Shown: positions 42,574 to 56,911 of the stretch, piece by piece
How the letters are laid out: each line of letters begins with the position of its first letter
Position numbering within the stretch: the stretch's first letter is position 1
Assembly (NCBI GenBank): GCA_000165425.1
Contig: CT868341.1
Location: 310,001 to 374,000 of the forward strand
DNA: 64,000 nt
DNA from: Paramecium tetraurelia
Lineage: Eukaryota
Direction of reading: 5' to 3'
Notes under the pieces: model-generated
The model's database searches: none
Seen by the model: the letters and a program-made list of their open reading frames with translations, nothing else
Told to the model about the DNA's origin: nothing
Made by a program: the position numbers and the translations under genes

Positions 42574-43011
42574 ATGGGATCAAGTTGTTGCTAAGCATAA
42601 GGCGATGACAAAATCGAGCTATAATAGCAAGAAAAGATTAGATTAAAGAGCAAAGCTTCGATATTAAACAAAAATAGTAATTTAAGTACAGATTAGAATA
42701 AGGAAAATGAGAGAATACAATCTTACTAAAATAATGGATCCTTAATGATAGACGATACTGGAAAAGAGTATAATAGAATAGCAGCGAGTAGTTTAGAAAT
42801 TTAGGAGCTAACTGGCGACATGGATAGAGTCGATTCAATACAATTAACTGAAAATGCTGTTAAAGATAAACCTATAATGAGGGATTCGTGTGAAGTAATT
42901 TCACTTGGATCTAAAAAGACTATCTTGAAGAAAGAAACAAAATATAGTTTGTTTCGCATCAAGGCTAATTTTAATCAGAATTAAAAGAAGGTTAGATTTG
43001 ATGAAGTGTGA
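42574..43011 (+). CDS. Small acylated protein with SILK-like and RVxF motifs (145 aa)
   Basis: Intronless. MGSSCC ... KKTILKK ... KKVRFDEV-TGA. Confidence 0.8.
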
Positions 43012-43438
43012 AATTAATTATATTTAAAATAGTTATACTAACACGTAAATGGTATAGATTGACTCTTATAAATTAAGTTAACAAAACTTTACAAATTTAT
43101 ATGAATGTATTAAAAACCAAAAATAGTAAGTAGAGAATATAGTTCCCCTGTTTCACTTATTATTTTTGTTTTATATCCAAGTTAGGAGGTGTATATGAAA
43201 AATCTGATTAAATTTCACATATTTTAGTCATTTAAACCATTTTTATGTATAATTAATGATAAAACCTTTTAACTAATATTTCATATCAGAATGTCAAAAT
43301 ATGGCTAAGAATTGATATATTAATGTAACATTCATAATATATTTTTATATACTTCACACTTAAATAGGAACTTAATTGGTATTTACCATTTATTGATCTA
43401 AGAATAGATGATAATTGTTTATGTAATTTTAATAATAC

Positions 43439-45448
43439 TCATTTATCTGTTAAATTTCTAAAAGCTGATTTAATTTCATCAACAAATTTAGTGAAATAAT
43501 TCATTAATTCTTATTTTGGTTATTTTGGATCCTATAATAATCTAATAAAGTTAATACCTCAAATTTCATTTATGATAGCTTGACAAATTGTGGCTTAGTT
43601 TGATTCAATATGATATTCCAAGTAATTTTGGCATCTCCTGAAGATTCAAGAATGGCCTTTTTACCACATTCAAAGAAGGAAACGATGCATCTCATCATAC
43701 CAATAGTTTTGTAAAGTGGACAATTGTAATCGTATTTACTGAAAGCATCTTGTTATAAGAAATCTTCTCTGATAATTTTAGCAATCTAAGAAGATATTGG
43801 TAAAGTATTACTTCCAATGACAATTTTTGATCTTCTGAAAGGGAGTCTCTACCTACCAATTGGACAATTTCATTCAATTCTGATTCTTCATGTAGGATCT
43901 ATTTGAACATAACTCTCAAATGAGAAAACTCTGGATCGAAGGCATTGAAATATGGTTCAAGAATCTTTTCATAATTGGAATTGGAAATGGTCCAATTGAC
44001 AGATGGGAAATGCTTTCTTTGTGCTAATTTCTTATCCAATCCCCAAAAGACTTAGACAATTGTGAGAGTGGCAGTAGTAACAGGATCTGTGAAATCCTAA
44101 GGATAATAAATAAGTATATACTCCTCCTGGAGGTGACACAGCACCGACAATAGTAATGGATCCTTCTCTGTCAGGTGAACCTCTGCATCTGACTCTTCCA
44201 GCTCTTTCGTAGAATTGTGCGAGTTTAGATGCTAAATAAGCAGGATAACCTTGATCTGCAGGCATTTCTGCCAATCTACCAGAGATTTCTCTCAAGGCTT
44301 CTGCCCATCTGGAAGTAGAATCAGCCATCATAGACACATTGAAACCCATATCTCTGAAATATTCTGCCAATGTGATTCCTGTGTAGATGGAGGCTTCTCT
44401 GGCAGCGACTGGCATATTGGAAGTGTTAGCAACCAAACAAGTACGTTACATAATGTTTTCTTCCTTACCCTTCATTTGAATAGTCAATTCTGGGAATTCA
44501 CTGAGCACTTCAGCCATCTCATTTCCTCTTTCTCCACATCCAACGTAGATGATACATTCAGAATTGGAATATTTGGAGAGTGCCTAAGAAATACAAGTCT
44601 TGCCGCATCCAAAAGCTCCTGGAATACAGCAAGTACCTCCCAAGACTGATGGATAGAGTGCATCAAGTACTCTTTACCCAGTAAGGAGTGGTGTATTACC
44701 TTACAATTTCTCAATGATGGGTCTGGGTTGTCTGACAGGCCAGAAGTGACTCATTCCATATTGATGTTTCTTGCCATCCAATTCTACTTCTAGAACTTTG
44801 TCTTTGAGTGTATAATTGCCCTCAGGTGCAATGTAAGTGACTCTGCCTTAGACTCTGGGGGCTGTCAAGATTTTATGTTCATCAAAAAGATTGTTTTCAA
44901 AGACTGATCCATAGATGTCACCTCCAGAGATCATTGAACCTACTTTAACTAGTGAAGATGGTTTGAATTCCCAGATTCTATCTTGATCCAATGCTGGAAT
45001 ATCAACACCTCTGGGCACAAAAATGGAAGATGATTATTCTGCTATGACTTATAATGGTCTTTGAATTCCATCAAAAATTTATGTTAAAATACCTAGATAT
45101 TTATGTATTAAATACCTGGTCCTAATTCGACTGAAAGAGGAGACTTTGTTCTCATCACAGGATCACCCACAGTCAAACCAGCTAATCATAATTACTTATT
45201 GTGAGTACATGTATCTTCGTAACATTGAATAGATGCATTATCTCCTTCCAATTTAATGATTTCACCTACAAGCTTATCCCAACCAACCTTCACTAACTCA
45301 AACATCTTAGCACCTGCCATCTTCTCTGCAACAACCACTATTAAATTAATGAACACCAATTACATGGACCAGCCACTTTGAACACTCTACCAAAGCTACT
45401 CTCTTTCTCCTATAACTCCTCCAATTGTGTCTTGCGTTATTTATTCAT
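43439..45448 (-). CDS. ATP6V1A: V-type H+-ATPase catalytic subunit A
   Basis: [61 protein letters not shown]. Several micro-introns. Confidence 0.98.
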
Positions 45449-45968
45449 ATCTTTTAATAAAATTTATATAAATGATCATCACGATTCTGAAAATAAAGCA
45501 AGAAATTAATTTATTCTCTAATTTTATTGTTTCATATATTCGCTTCTCAATTTCTTAATCCTAAAATTTTGCCAAATACCTCCTTTTTCCAATTTATCAC
45601 AAAACAAACTCAACTTTTAGCATCTCTCAACTTGTCTAAGGGATCATCTGAAACGATCTTTCATTCTCCAACATCCTCCCTTCTTATAAAATGTCTATTC
45701 TTCACTTAAATTTGATAACTACATCATTTTTAAATGTCAATCAACCCCTGCTGTATTTCAATTTAATATCCATAATCATGTGATCACTGGATTTCCAATT
45801 GATTGATTGTTTAATCTATTAATTATTGTGAGTTCTAGTGAATCTCCAATTTGATCCAGATGCATAGTACTTATAAATGCATTTTGAGACTCTGTGAGGA
45901 GTGAGAGCTTAGATTACAATTTCAACATATTTTTATTTGTTTGCCACAATAAATAAATATTAATTAAA

Positions 45969-47576
45969 ATGCAGAACTTCATATCCAGACCCTCCAGGAC
46001 CAACACCAACGAATTTGGACATCGTCGAGAGGATTCTTTCGACTACAACGAGTTCAAGAATTTGGCTTCGAGTTTGATCACTTGTCAGCATCAGAAAGAA
46101 TGGAATCATCAGCCAAGACTTACTCAAATACTTCTAAATTAGAGTTTAACTGTGATGTTTGATGGGGTCATACTCAAAGAGCAATGCACCTTATATCCGA
46201 ATGTCCTAAAAATCGATTGTCATTGCATCCAGCTTTCTTAGTATCAAATAAAGAGGAAACAACTGATCCACAACAATAAAAAGTGTTACCTCCTCCTCCT
46301 GGGCAACGACATCATGCTATTCTTCAGCAATTTCGATATCCAGAAGCATTGGTATAATTAGATTAAGCAATTTTGCATCATGAAAAACCTTCTAGTCAAA
46401 TATCGGCTGTAAGAACAGTTATTTCAAGACTTCTACTCTATCATCAAAAAGAAGGTAAGAAGATCTAAATATCCAAGAATCGACAGCAGTTTTCGGCCTA
46501 CATAATCAATAAGCAACAGCCCTTCCTGGAACAGACATTTGGGTTGTTGCACGAGAGCAAGAATCATTCCATTTTAAAAATCAAGAGGATCTACGAAGAC
46601 ACCAATAATTATGTCATGATTACTGAAAGGTTTGAGGGAGAACCGGTCTTTAACTTCCTACTCGAGAACATACAATTCATGGAAGTGCAAGTAGCAACAG
46701 TATGATCAAATACATATACTTTAGTTGATTTACTAGATTTTACTATTGCTGCGTTATTTAAATGAGCATTAGGCATATCACGGCAACATCAATGCATTAA
46801 ACATATTAATCAATAGAGAAAGTCAGTCCTTGGAAATTGGGGTTATTGGATTTATATACTATGTAATGGAATAAATATAAATTGTTAGCCATTCAAGTAA
46901 GGAGATGACATAAGCGAATATTTGAAATGGGTCAATCTGAATAAGTATTATTGGAGTGGCTTTGAAGAGAATTAAATACCTGGAATTAATTCTGATCTTT
47001 ATTAATTGGGAGTCCTACTTTATATCATTACATTTTATACGAAAATCAATCAAGATTTGAAAGTATGCACATTAATAATAATAGCGGAAAAGTGACCCTT
47101 ACAAATTGTTTTAAAAGTACATGAAGGAATTAGTAATAAAATACGAACTGATTGACGAAACCATCGAAGTCTTAACATGTTTAATATTAATATTTTATTT
47201 AGAGATGAAGACTCCAGATTCATAATATGTTCATGTCTTTTCATCAAGTCAATTGGATCTGATCAAGAAGCTATTGTCTAATTGTTCTTTGTCTGATGCT
47301 CTCACGCATTAATGGTTTGTCAATGCCAAACAGAAGGCCAAACCCCACAATTAGCGTCAAGGATTACCCACTCTGAAAACTATTATTGAAATTAAGGAAG
47401 CAAGTGATGGCGAAGCAAGTAAATCATAAACCAAAAGATTCAGTATATAAAGTGACATGTATGATTCAAGTAAGTATAATTGTGATGTTTAAGTGGATGA
47501 GTGTCCAACGGTCTCATATTTGATGCGCAACATCTTAGATTATGAAAAGGCGCCATGTAAAACTCATCATTCCTGA
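45969..47576 (+). CDS. PH-like plus CAMK-type pseudokinase (495 aa)
   Basis: Five introns, 496 codons. Kinase layout (LKIKRIYED, MITERFEG, SDLYQLGVLLY, ALTHQWF) but YHGN in place of HRD, IGF in place of DFG, and no GxGxxG or VAIK lysine. Confidence 0.75.
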
Positions 47577-47597
47577 TTATATTTAATTAAAATAAAT

Positions 47598-50500
47598 ATG
47601 TTACATGCAAAACCAAAGGCTTAAACACAATAAGTGCTTTTCCAGGATTTGAAGAGCAAGAAATCTTCAACTTCATTCAATCCCATTAACACACTTTTTG
47701 GAAATCAATAAACTGTTCATCTCCCAAACAATCTATGTATCCATTCATAAATACACTTAGCAATTCCATTGTACAGAGGACATTTCGTCAATTTTCATCA
47801 TGAAGCAATAGCAATTAATGATAATTATTCATTGAGTGGCATTTAGGATGGCTTTCTTTACTTTGTGGTCAATTAAAAAAAAATGCAATTCTATTTCTAT
47901 TCCCCATTACAAGATGACCTAAATTACTATTACAATACTGTAAACATTTCCAATTTATTGTAGGATAATCAGAAGTACAAATTTCCATTCAGATTTAAAG
48001 AACAAGAGATTGGACACCTAGACTACATTACAGCCGTTGGATTTTAATAGGTAGATGATGTATGGACAATGGCAATCGCCTCTGAATTCTACATATTTTT
48101 GTATACATTTACAGCTGATCTGGACAATTTTTAATTGCTAAAATAAGTGTTCAATGTCAATGGAGAAATTATTAACTAAATCCTTTTTTTTTAAGACAAT
48201 TTGATCTATGGTGGCAGTTCAGGCACTCTCACTTGTAAATCTATTGATACTGCTCAAAATTATACTGTTTAATTGAAAGAAAAAATAAAAAGATAATTCA
48301 ACCGGATTTTTAAAGACCTGACTCCGTGGTCATCCCAACAAGGCTTAATCTAATTGGAATTGCAAGAAGAATTCAATATATGTTATGGCTTATTTGAGAA
48401 ACTCGACAAAAATGAGAATGTTGAAGATACATTCATAACCATCTATGACATTGGACTTCAAGGAGAACTCTTTTAAGAAATCATCACAATAAAATAATCC
48501 CATCTATATAATTCTAATATGGAATTCAAAGCTGTATTTGATTATCACAATCTCCAATTCTATCATGCTTTTTTCGAAAGACAATACCAAACCAACAAGA
48601 TAGTCCTGATTATCACAACCAAGGATTAATTACAACTTCATCTGTTGTTTGAATTATAAAATAGAACTATCAATGAAATTAATTAATTTAAATAAAGGAG
48701 TTCAAATTCAAATGTTACCTAATAACAGTATATTAAATTGAAACCAGAATTCTAGATCATTTAAATCAAAAATCCTTATATGAAAATTGATACAACGATT
48801 CCATATGGAGTCTGTTTGGATGAGAGCAGAATTCAATACAAATAGAAGGAGATGCTGACCATTCAACAAAGTCAAATTCTGAAGTCAGTCTACAAAGAGG
48901 AATAGTTGTCCCTGTTTCATTTAGATAATTATATCATTGCATAATTCCTGGATATGGCTCACATTCAATATTTAAGAAATCTAGAACAACAAATCACTAA
49001 ATACAATTCATATAATTAGATACAGTACTCCATATATAGAGATACATCAAAAGAAGCAATAGAGAAAATTGAACTAAATTGTAAAAATAGTAAGGATATT
49101 ATCAACTATGAAAATGGTAATGACATGTTGAAGAATAAAAATGGCAATGACATCCCCAAGAATATTTACAATATTGGTAAGATGACTGTCAATCGAGTAT
49201 TCAATCATTTCGACATTAATGAATCTCAACTCTATAATCTGCCTGAACATTACATCTGCATTGCTGATAATACAGTGGAGTTCATAGTGAGAAAGAGACC
49301 CATTGATTGCTTCTTTACAGCCATCAAAGTAACACATTATGATTTCATCGATTAAGTCGATGCAGATTTCCCACTTGAGAAATTGGTCAGGGCCTATGGA
49401 ATCGAGGAAAGTTGTGCTTAAATCTTGTAAATCATAATCCAAGAAGAACAGAATTTTTATATCAACGTTGAACTTCAACATCAATATCAATTGGATTTAC
49501 AGAAAGCATATCAAAGAATACATTACTCAGAGAATATTCAAAAGTTTTTTGATGACAATGAGAAGATTCCAAATTGGGTTACGGGACAAGTTTATGTTCG
49601 CAAAGGAGCTATAATCAAAGAGAAAGCACTCAAAGCCTACTTTGCCTTGATTAAGCGTTCATTAATTAATGAGGATAGAAATCAAAAATCAAAAAAAGTA
49701 TCAAGCACCACATCTTTAATTTGGAAAATCCTTGCTCCACTCACAACCAAGAAATTCATCAATGAAAAAGTCTATAACTTAGAATGCAATAAACCTATTG
49801 AGAGTTACTCTATCTAATAATTACAAACTGTGTTTAAATAAATTGAAAAACTAATTAAATTATTCGAAAATGAACCTAATTATTTCCAGTAACTTAAGAG
49901 TTAACGAAATGATCTATAAGTAGATGAATAAAATTAATTTCAAAATTACAAGAATGGATTCAGTAAATATATTTATGAAACCTTCGAACAAAGTACTAGA
50001 TTGGATATTTCAAGAAGTACCAATTACTCAGATTAATCATTAGCTGTTACTGTGAATGTTGATGTTGAATACGTAAGTATTATATCTATTTCTAGAATTA
50101 AATGAAAGTGCTCTACTCTTTTTGTAAGAAAATCAAATAATTACTATAATTTTTGATTTACTTTTTCGGTGAATTGCAAGGAATCAGGAATATAATAAAC
50201 GGCTATCAGAATAAACCTTAATTATTTGAGTTATCAATAAAAAGTGTCCTTAGTGGTGACAATGTTGGTAATTTAACATTAAAATAATTAATGATACACA
50301 TTATAAAGAGTGACAAAACAAAGTTTAGAGAAGCAGCTCAATACATGAATCATCACTTTCCTGATTTCTTTACTATTGCAGATTTCAAAATTAGTTTAGT
50401 CTAAAACCTATTCGATGAGATCTTAACCTTTTCCGCCTAAAAAAGTAAGCACTCCTATTTACTATATAGATTTGATCAAACTTAACCAAAACGAGTAGAT

Positions 50501-52163
50501 TAATGAAAAAATTAAGAGGATCCTAAAATTGTCCAAAGCTCCTTAAATTACTATTGATAAAGTGCTTGATAAGCGAGAGATCTTTTTGTACTACAAGGAT
50601 TTGCAACCAGAATTACAAGACTAATTACTAGAGGCTTTGAAATTGATTGAAGAAGTCGCCATCCTAATTGAGCATTCTTATTTGACACAATGCTTCAAAA
50701 ATTACATGTATCCTTTTGCTACATTCAAATTCTATATCTAATATCTAGCATAGAAATGTTAGTAATAAGAAAAGGATTAATCGAGTGATGAATATTGCAA
50801 TTGCATTATGGATTTAATCGAATAATTCAATAATCTAATCAAATACTATTTGAACCCTCCAAAAGGCTTAACTAAGGCACAAACAAAGGAGATCCTCATC
50901 GAATCACTTCAACTATTAAATCAATTTTAACTAATCAAGCCAACTGAAGCCATAGCTAACAACATTTTAAAGCATTAGCTAAAGGAATTCATTTAATACA
51001 TTGATTACAATTAGGAAATGGACTTACAATGTAGTAATGATCTAGAGAAGTTATAAATGTAAAAGAAACAATTCATCGCCAAAGCATCAAAAGGCAATTC
51101 AGAAGTATATCCTTAACTGATACAAATATTGCTAAAATTAGCATAATTTTCATTAACCCAATGTCCAGAAATGAATCTCGAGGACATTCAAATTAAATTG
51201 CCCATCAAAAAGAGACTAAGGTATGTCAACAAGGCACAAGAGTTTATCAGAACTTTCCAAAAGAATGCCTAAGGAATCGATATAAATGAAGTAGAAAAAT
51301 AAGCGTAGAATCTCAGTAAATTATTGTTTTTGTAAGACATTATGTACGATTACATTGTAACTAATGAAAATCAAAGTCAAAGTAAATAAGTAGTGATTTA
51401 ATTTAGTTTATCATGCAGAGAAGAGGAGGATCCTTCTTGAAATATGTGATCCCAAAGTTATACTGCAATTCTTCGAGGATAACAACATTTACTTTGGCTA
51501 ATTACTGTGTTTGGATTACTTGGAAAATTTCTTAGGGAAATCATTTTGCACCACCAAAGAGAATATTGAGTAGCTATGGATCAAATTCATTTATAAAGCT
51601 TATGAAGAATCCAATGAATGGCCTACAGATGTGCTAAAACGATAAGTATTAATGTAGTATTCAAAGTTTTAGATGAAATTGCTTTTTGAGAATCTAATCA
51701 ATAATTAAAAGTATATCCAATTGGAAAAAATGACTGAGACTATAGAATTAATAAATACTAAGATATGTCAGGATTTATAAGTGACTCAATTGACCACTTG
51801 GTTGTTCTTTGAAATTTTGTTGAGTCACGACATTAAGGAAATTGATTTGGTTAGGATCTATCTCGCACATTACAAGGATCACGTTTAGATCCTAAATAAT
51901 CCCATCTATCAGAGGTTGGAAATAGAACAAATTCATACTTTCAAATTACAGTTGATACAATAGATTTTGATTTTATTGGAGGCACTCAAAAAATTGAAGT
52001 GTGATTAGGAATAAACAAGTTCATTAATTCGTCAATTTAGAAATGCTTTTGAGGTACTTGAATCATTAATATTGTATAGAACGACTATAGAAATCTGATG
52101 GACGATGAGTTGTACGATGGAAAAGTTATAGAACAGATAAAAATGAGAGTCGATTCATTATGA
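47598..52163 (+). CDS. NUP155: Nup155/Nup170-like nucleoporin
   Basis: About 1450 aa: N-terminal beta-rich region (ITAVGF, LIYGGSSG) followed by a helical region, with LPIKKRLRYVNKA near the C-terminus. Family call made by eye. Confidence 0.65.
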
Positions 52164-52238
52164 TTGATATTATTGTGTTATAAGCTCAATTTTAGTGTGG
52201 CAATTTATTGTTAATAAATTTATATTATTTAAATTCAA

Positions 52239-53711
52239 ATGTAGTAAGAATAGATACCGCAATAATAGAATGTCACCCCCAAAAAGCATTAATTAGCAAC
52301 GCCAACCAAAGACAAAAAGCAAAATAAAACTAATCAATCTACTACAATATAATCCCCCTAGAATAATGACTTTTATTCTCCAAAAAATCTCAATCCTTGG
52401 AAAACACCCAAATCCTTATTAAAAAGCAATCACAAATAAAGCACTCCTGATCATTCAATACTAGCATCACCCTACAGCGATAGATACATCCCATTAAATG
52501 TTTCAAGAAATTTATTCAATAAGCAAATATAGCCATTTGAAATCGAGGAGGAGAACTAATACGAGGAACTTTTGAGTGAGAACGTCTTGGAAATTGATGA
52601 GAATAAACATGTGAGCATTTTGAATTTCACTAAATAAAAACACGACAAAGTTCAATCTGCTAAACAACTTGAAACACCAAAAAGAAAAATAGATACCCTG
52701 CCAATAAAAGTGTTGGATGCACCTGGTTTAGAAGACGATTTCTACTAAGACACACTCCATTGGGGAAAGAATAATCTAATTGCAGTAGGTTTATAAAGAT
52801 GTGTCTATTTATATAATGTGGACAATTCCAAAGTGTTTCAATTGGCAGAACCAATGGATAATAATGAACTATCAGCATATTATACATCTTTGCAATGGAA
52901 CACAAATGGGTAAATGTTGGCCATAGGATGTTGCGATGGTTCTTTAAAACTCTGGGATTACAATAAAAATACCTTCAGTGGTTCTATGAATATATCGAAT
53001 AAAAGAATCAGCACAATTAGTTGGGCCAATCCTAATATCTTTGCATATGGCAGTAAGGATAAAGCAATCAATATTTGCGATGTTAGAGTTCCCAACTATT
53101 CAATATTTTAATTGCTCGGACACACTTAAGAAGTATGCGGAGTCACCTTCGATGGAAATGAACTCTAATTAGCTTCTGGTGGTAATGATAATAAAGTATT
53201 TGTTTGGTAAATGAGAGGAGGCAACAGTAACAGTAATAACCAATATATATCTTGGGAAATCAAATCTCATAAGGCTGCAATAAGAGCTTTGGCTTGGAAT
53301 CCTAATTCATGTGGTATCTTGGCTACTGGTGGTGGAAATTAAGATAAAACCATTAAAATTCATAGTTCTCACACGAATTAGTAAATTGCAAGTATCAATT
53401 GCGATTCGCAAGTCTGCAAATTGAGATTTTCTAAGATTGTTAATGAATTGGTTTCTACTCATGGTTACGAAAAGAATTTAGTCTGTCTATGGCAATATCC
53501 GACGATGAAAAGAATTCATTAATTAGAAGGTCATTCTGAAAGAGTGCTTTATTTGTCTGCAAGTCCAGGTATTTGATTTTAATGACTATTTTTAGATGAA
53601 TCAACTATTCTGACAGGATCTGGAGATGAGACGCTTAAATTCTGGAAAATCTTTCCTACTTAGGTTTCAAATAATATGTCCTCACTATTTTCCATGTGTG
53701 AAATTAGATGA
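52239..53711 (+). CDS. CDC20: APC/C activator, CDC20/Fizzy family
   Basis: C-box DRYIP, KVLDAPGLEDDFY, WD40 repeats, C-terminal IR tail. One 27-nt intron. CDC20 versus CDH1 not resolved. Confidence 0.92.
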
Positions 53712-53789
53712 TTTAATTAATATATATATATGTGATATATCTTCTAAATTTACTTTATCTTTGAATGCAAATAATAATTAATTATTTAT

Positions 53790-55178
53790 ATGAGTGACGA
53801 ATAAATTGAATAACCAAATGATGAAAATCAAGAATAATAAAATGATCAAGACCCTTTGCCAGAATAGAATGAGGAGTAGGTCGGGGATCCTGAATAAACA
53901 GAACAACCAGCGTAGCCTCAGGAGGAAGAGCCAGAAATGCCACCAGAAGAGGACGAAGAAACTAGACGGTTACGATTAGAGAGAGAAGAATAGGAAAGAA
54001 AAGAGAGGGAGGAAAGAGAGGAGCAGGAAAGAAAGGAAAGAGAAGAAAGAGCGGAATAGGAAAGAATTGCTAGAGAGGAATATGAGGCTAAATTGAAAGA
54101 AGACACTGCAAAATTTAATGAATTAGTTTTATAAGGAATTTCAGGATTGAGCAAAACTCAAACTGTTTATGCGTATATGAAATTAAATCTAGCCGAAAAG
54201 GACATAGATAGGATATTTTAGATTAATCATTTGAATCTCAGATATATTGATATCTCATAAAATAGAATTGTGGATATTACAAATATATTGCCTTTAAAGT
54301 AGATATACTCTTTAATTCATTAGATATTTGGTTTCACTAAATGCTTCGAAGAATGAGATTAATAGTCTCTCCTATTTTAAGGACCCTGAAGCATTCCCCT
54401 ACCTACAATACTTGAATCTCTCTACAAACAAAATCAATACTCTTGTTACACTCTCACTCAAGAGATTGAGGAGATTGAATTTAATCGAAAATGAAATTAC
54501 TACTGCAAATGAATTTGAGGGACATGAAAATATTGAAATCCTTGAGTTAGGAAAAAACAAACTGAAAACTACAGATGGATTAGCAAATATGCCATAATTG
54601 AAAGTATGTTATTTATTCATAATCCTTTTTAGGAACTCTATTTGTAAGGCAATGAACTTAAAGATTTTAGATCTCTCAATAATCTACCATCTTTATTAAA
54701 ATTAAATATAAGAGCAAATAAGATTACAAAAATTAAAACTCCTGTTATAGAATTCCCACAATTATATTATCTGAATCTTAGAGAGAATTAATTAGCTAAA
54801 TTTGATGACTTTAAAAAGATTGCCAAAATCAGAACAATAACAACTCTCAACATGTTGGCAAATCCAATTGTGGATGAGATGGGTGCTGATAATTTCAAAT
54901 AAGAGATCCTAATGTTTTATTTCCATTTGGTTCGAATAAATAAAGTAGACATAACTAAAGAAGATTATGATGAAGCAGCTAGAGTGTTGTAAGAAAGAAG
55001 AGATGAGGAGGAAAGGAAAAGAATTGAAGAGGAGTAGGCAAGAGAGGAGGCTAGATTGGCAGAGGAAGCAAGATTAGCAGAGGAGGCAAGGTTGGCTGAG
55101 GAGGCACGTTAGGCAGAGGGAGCAAAAGAAGGAGAGGGAGCAAAAGAAGGAGAAGGAGCTAATGAAGTTGCTGAATGA
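53790..55178 (+). CDS. LRRC23: Axonemal leucine-rich-repeat protein, LRRC23-like
   Basis: GISGLSKT..YAYMKLNLAEKDI..LRYIDISQN, SDS22-type LRRs, E/R-rich termini (EEARLA repeats). Two introns. Confidence 0.75.
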
Positions 55179-55517
55179 AACATGGATTGAATTCATCGAT
55201 TATCATTAATCTTTTTACATCATTTAACAATATTAAAATTGGCTTGTCATCGTGAGTCGTGAGGGTAGAAATCAATTGAGGTTGTAGTAAATCTTAGGGA
55301 TATATTCCTTCTTAATTTTATTCTCATAATTTTATTCCTTTAATTACAGAGATTTTAATTATGTACTTTCCTCATTTAATTCTGAATTATTATCATTTAG
55401 TAATTTGATTAATTTGATAATTATTTTATTAATTATAATAAAATAAACGCAAAATCCATTGTTAGAGTGGAATTCAAAATATATTGTTAAATCATTTATG
55501 TTATTATTTACCAAAAT

Positions 55518-56166
55518 ATGTTGTATTCTTAATAACCTTATTACTACTATCCATTCTATTAGCCATAAGTTGTTTGTCCAGTCTTTTATTTTCCAGCCTA
55601 GACCTTAAATCAATAGGAACATCAAGTCGAACCTATAATGACTTCAATAATCGACAATCAACCTACTAATAGTTAATAGTTGAATTATGATACTGAAGAA
55701 TTAGATGTAGAAAAGAGTGAGAAGAGCAAAGACACAAAAAAACAATCTAAAAAAGAGAGAGAAACAGTAATCAAGAAAAAAAAAGAATTACCAAATACTA
55801 AAATTCATGAAGTTTTGGACTCAACCAATCTCCATAAAAATTTCGCAAAAGCCCTTATAGCCTATACCTTAAGATCACAATTCATTATCTACAAACTGTT
55901 GGGAGAAAAGAAAGGACAAGAGTTTCTTGATTTGATGCAGAGTGTCAAAAACAAACTCTGTAACCTCACACACATCCTCTAATTCACTAAAAATGACGAA
56001 TTCTTGAGAGCTTTTCGCACTTTAGGGTATACTTTTTTATATATATTTTAGGTTTATATTTCTAAAAAAAGAGTCGGTTCCTTATATTTACAATTCCAAA
56101 ATCTAACAAAAAACGAGCCATTTGAAGCATAAAGTAATCATAAAGAAAACTCTGTTAAAGATCTGA
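55518..56166 (+). CDS. Ciliate-type hypothetical protein, same domain family as 13668-14519
   Basis: 207 aa; intron 56027-56051. NLHKNFAKAL...FRTLGFIFLKKESVPYIYNSKI...HLKHK. Confidence 0.82.
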
Positions 56167-56247
56167 ACCTTTTTAAACTTTATATCTATCTCCACTCTTA
56201 TAATACCTAATATTAAAAAACATTAAATTGGTTTCATATAAATTAAA

Positions 56248-56911
56248 TCACTCAATGTATTATTCAAAGTCATCATGGTAATAAATCGATTTTTTGGCTA
56301 ACAAAACATTGTGAAAATCACTCAACCAAGTCCTGAAATTACTATAAAGGCTACCTGATGATTCTAATTGAAAGGCATCATTAATTACTAATGCAACAGC
56401 ATTTAAATATTCGGACTTATTGATAGAAATACTTATTATATTCGATAAATATTGTATCCGAAAAATCTAAAATATCTTCTCTTAATATAATATTAGACTA
56501 CACATTTCTACTGTATCTATAATATTTTGTATTATTCTCAATCTCAAATATATATTATTATAAAATGGATATTTTCCGATATTCTATTCTTCCAGAATAA
56601 ATTGACTTTTTAATCCAATGCTTAATTGCAAGAGAGGCTTGAACAAGATATTCTGTATATTAATCTAACCCAAAGAGTTAATTCTTGAATTAATATTATC
56701 TTTCCTTTTAAGTATTATCTCTTCTTGCTTGAATAAAAATTATAAACTCAATTGTGTTGTATTGAACCAATTTTAATTATATTATTCATCCAATTTATCT
56801 CTTAGATTTACAGCAAGCGCTTTCTTTGATTTCTCTTACTTATTTATTTCTAGAGAAGATTGGTCAGGTAAATGCTTATTATTTATATATTAAGTCAATT
56901 AATGAAAAAAG
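56248..56911 (-). pseudogene. Possible disrupted gene of unknown type
   Basis: Long TGA-free ciliate-code frame, but the upstream ATG (MKFAFFIN-TGA) is out of frame. Confidence 0.3.

Noticed and set aside
44251..44714. Supplied ORFs 44251-44649 (+) and 44484-44714 (-), and similar ones such as 49074-49490, 53918-54154, 38350-38553 and 5663-5872
   Set aside because: Antisense or off-frame shadows of real ciliate-code genes.
45735..45750. TGTCA-AT-CAACCCC, resembling the ciliate telomerase RNA boundary motif plus template
   Set aside because: It continues TG rather than AA, so there is no alignment region, and a T5 run just upstream would terminate Pol III. Probably chance; an Infernal search with the ciliate telomerase model would settle it.
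55030..55160. Short tandem repeats as a CRISPR or satellite array
   Set aside because: Coding repeats (EEARLA, EGAKEG) inside the LRRC23-like gene; no spacers.
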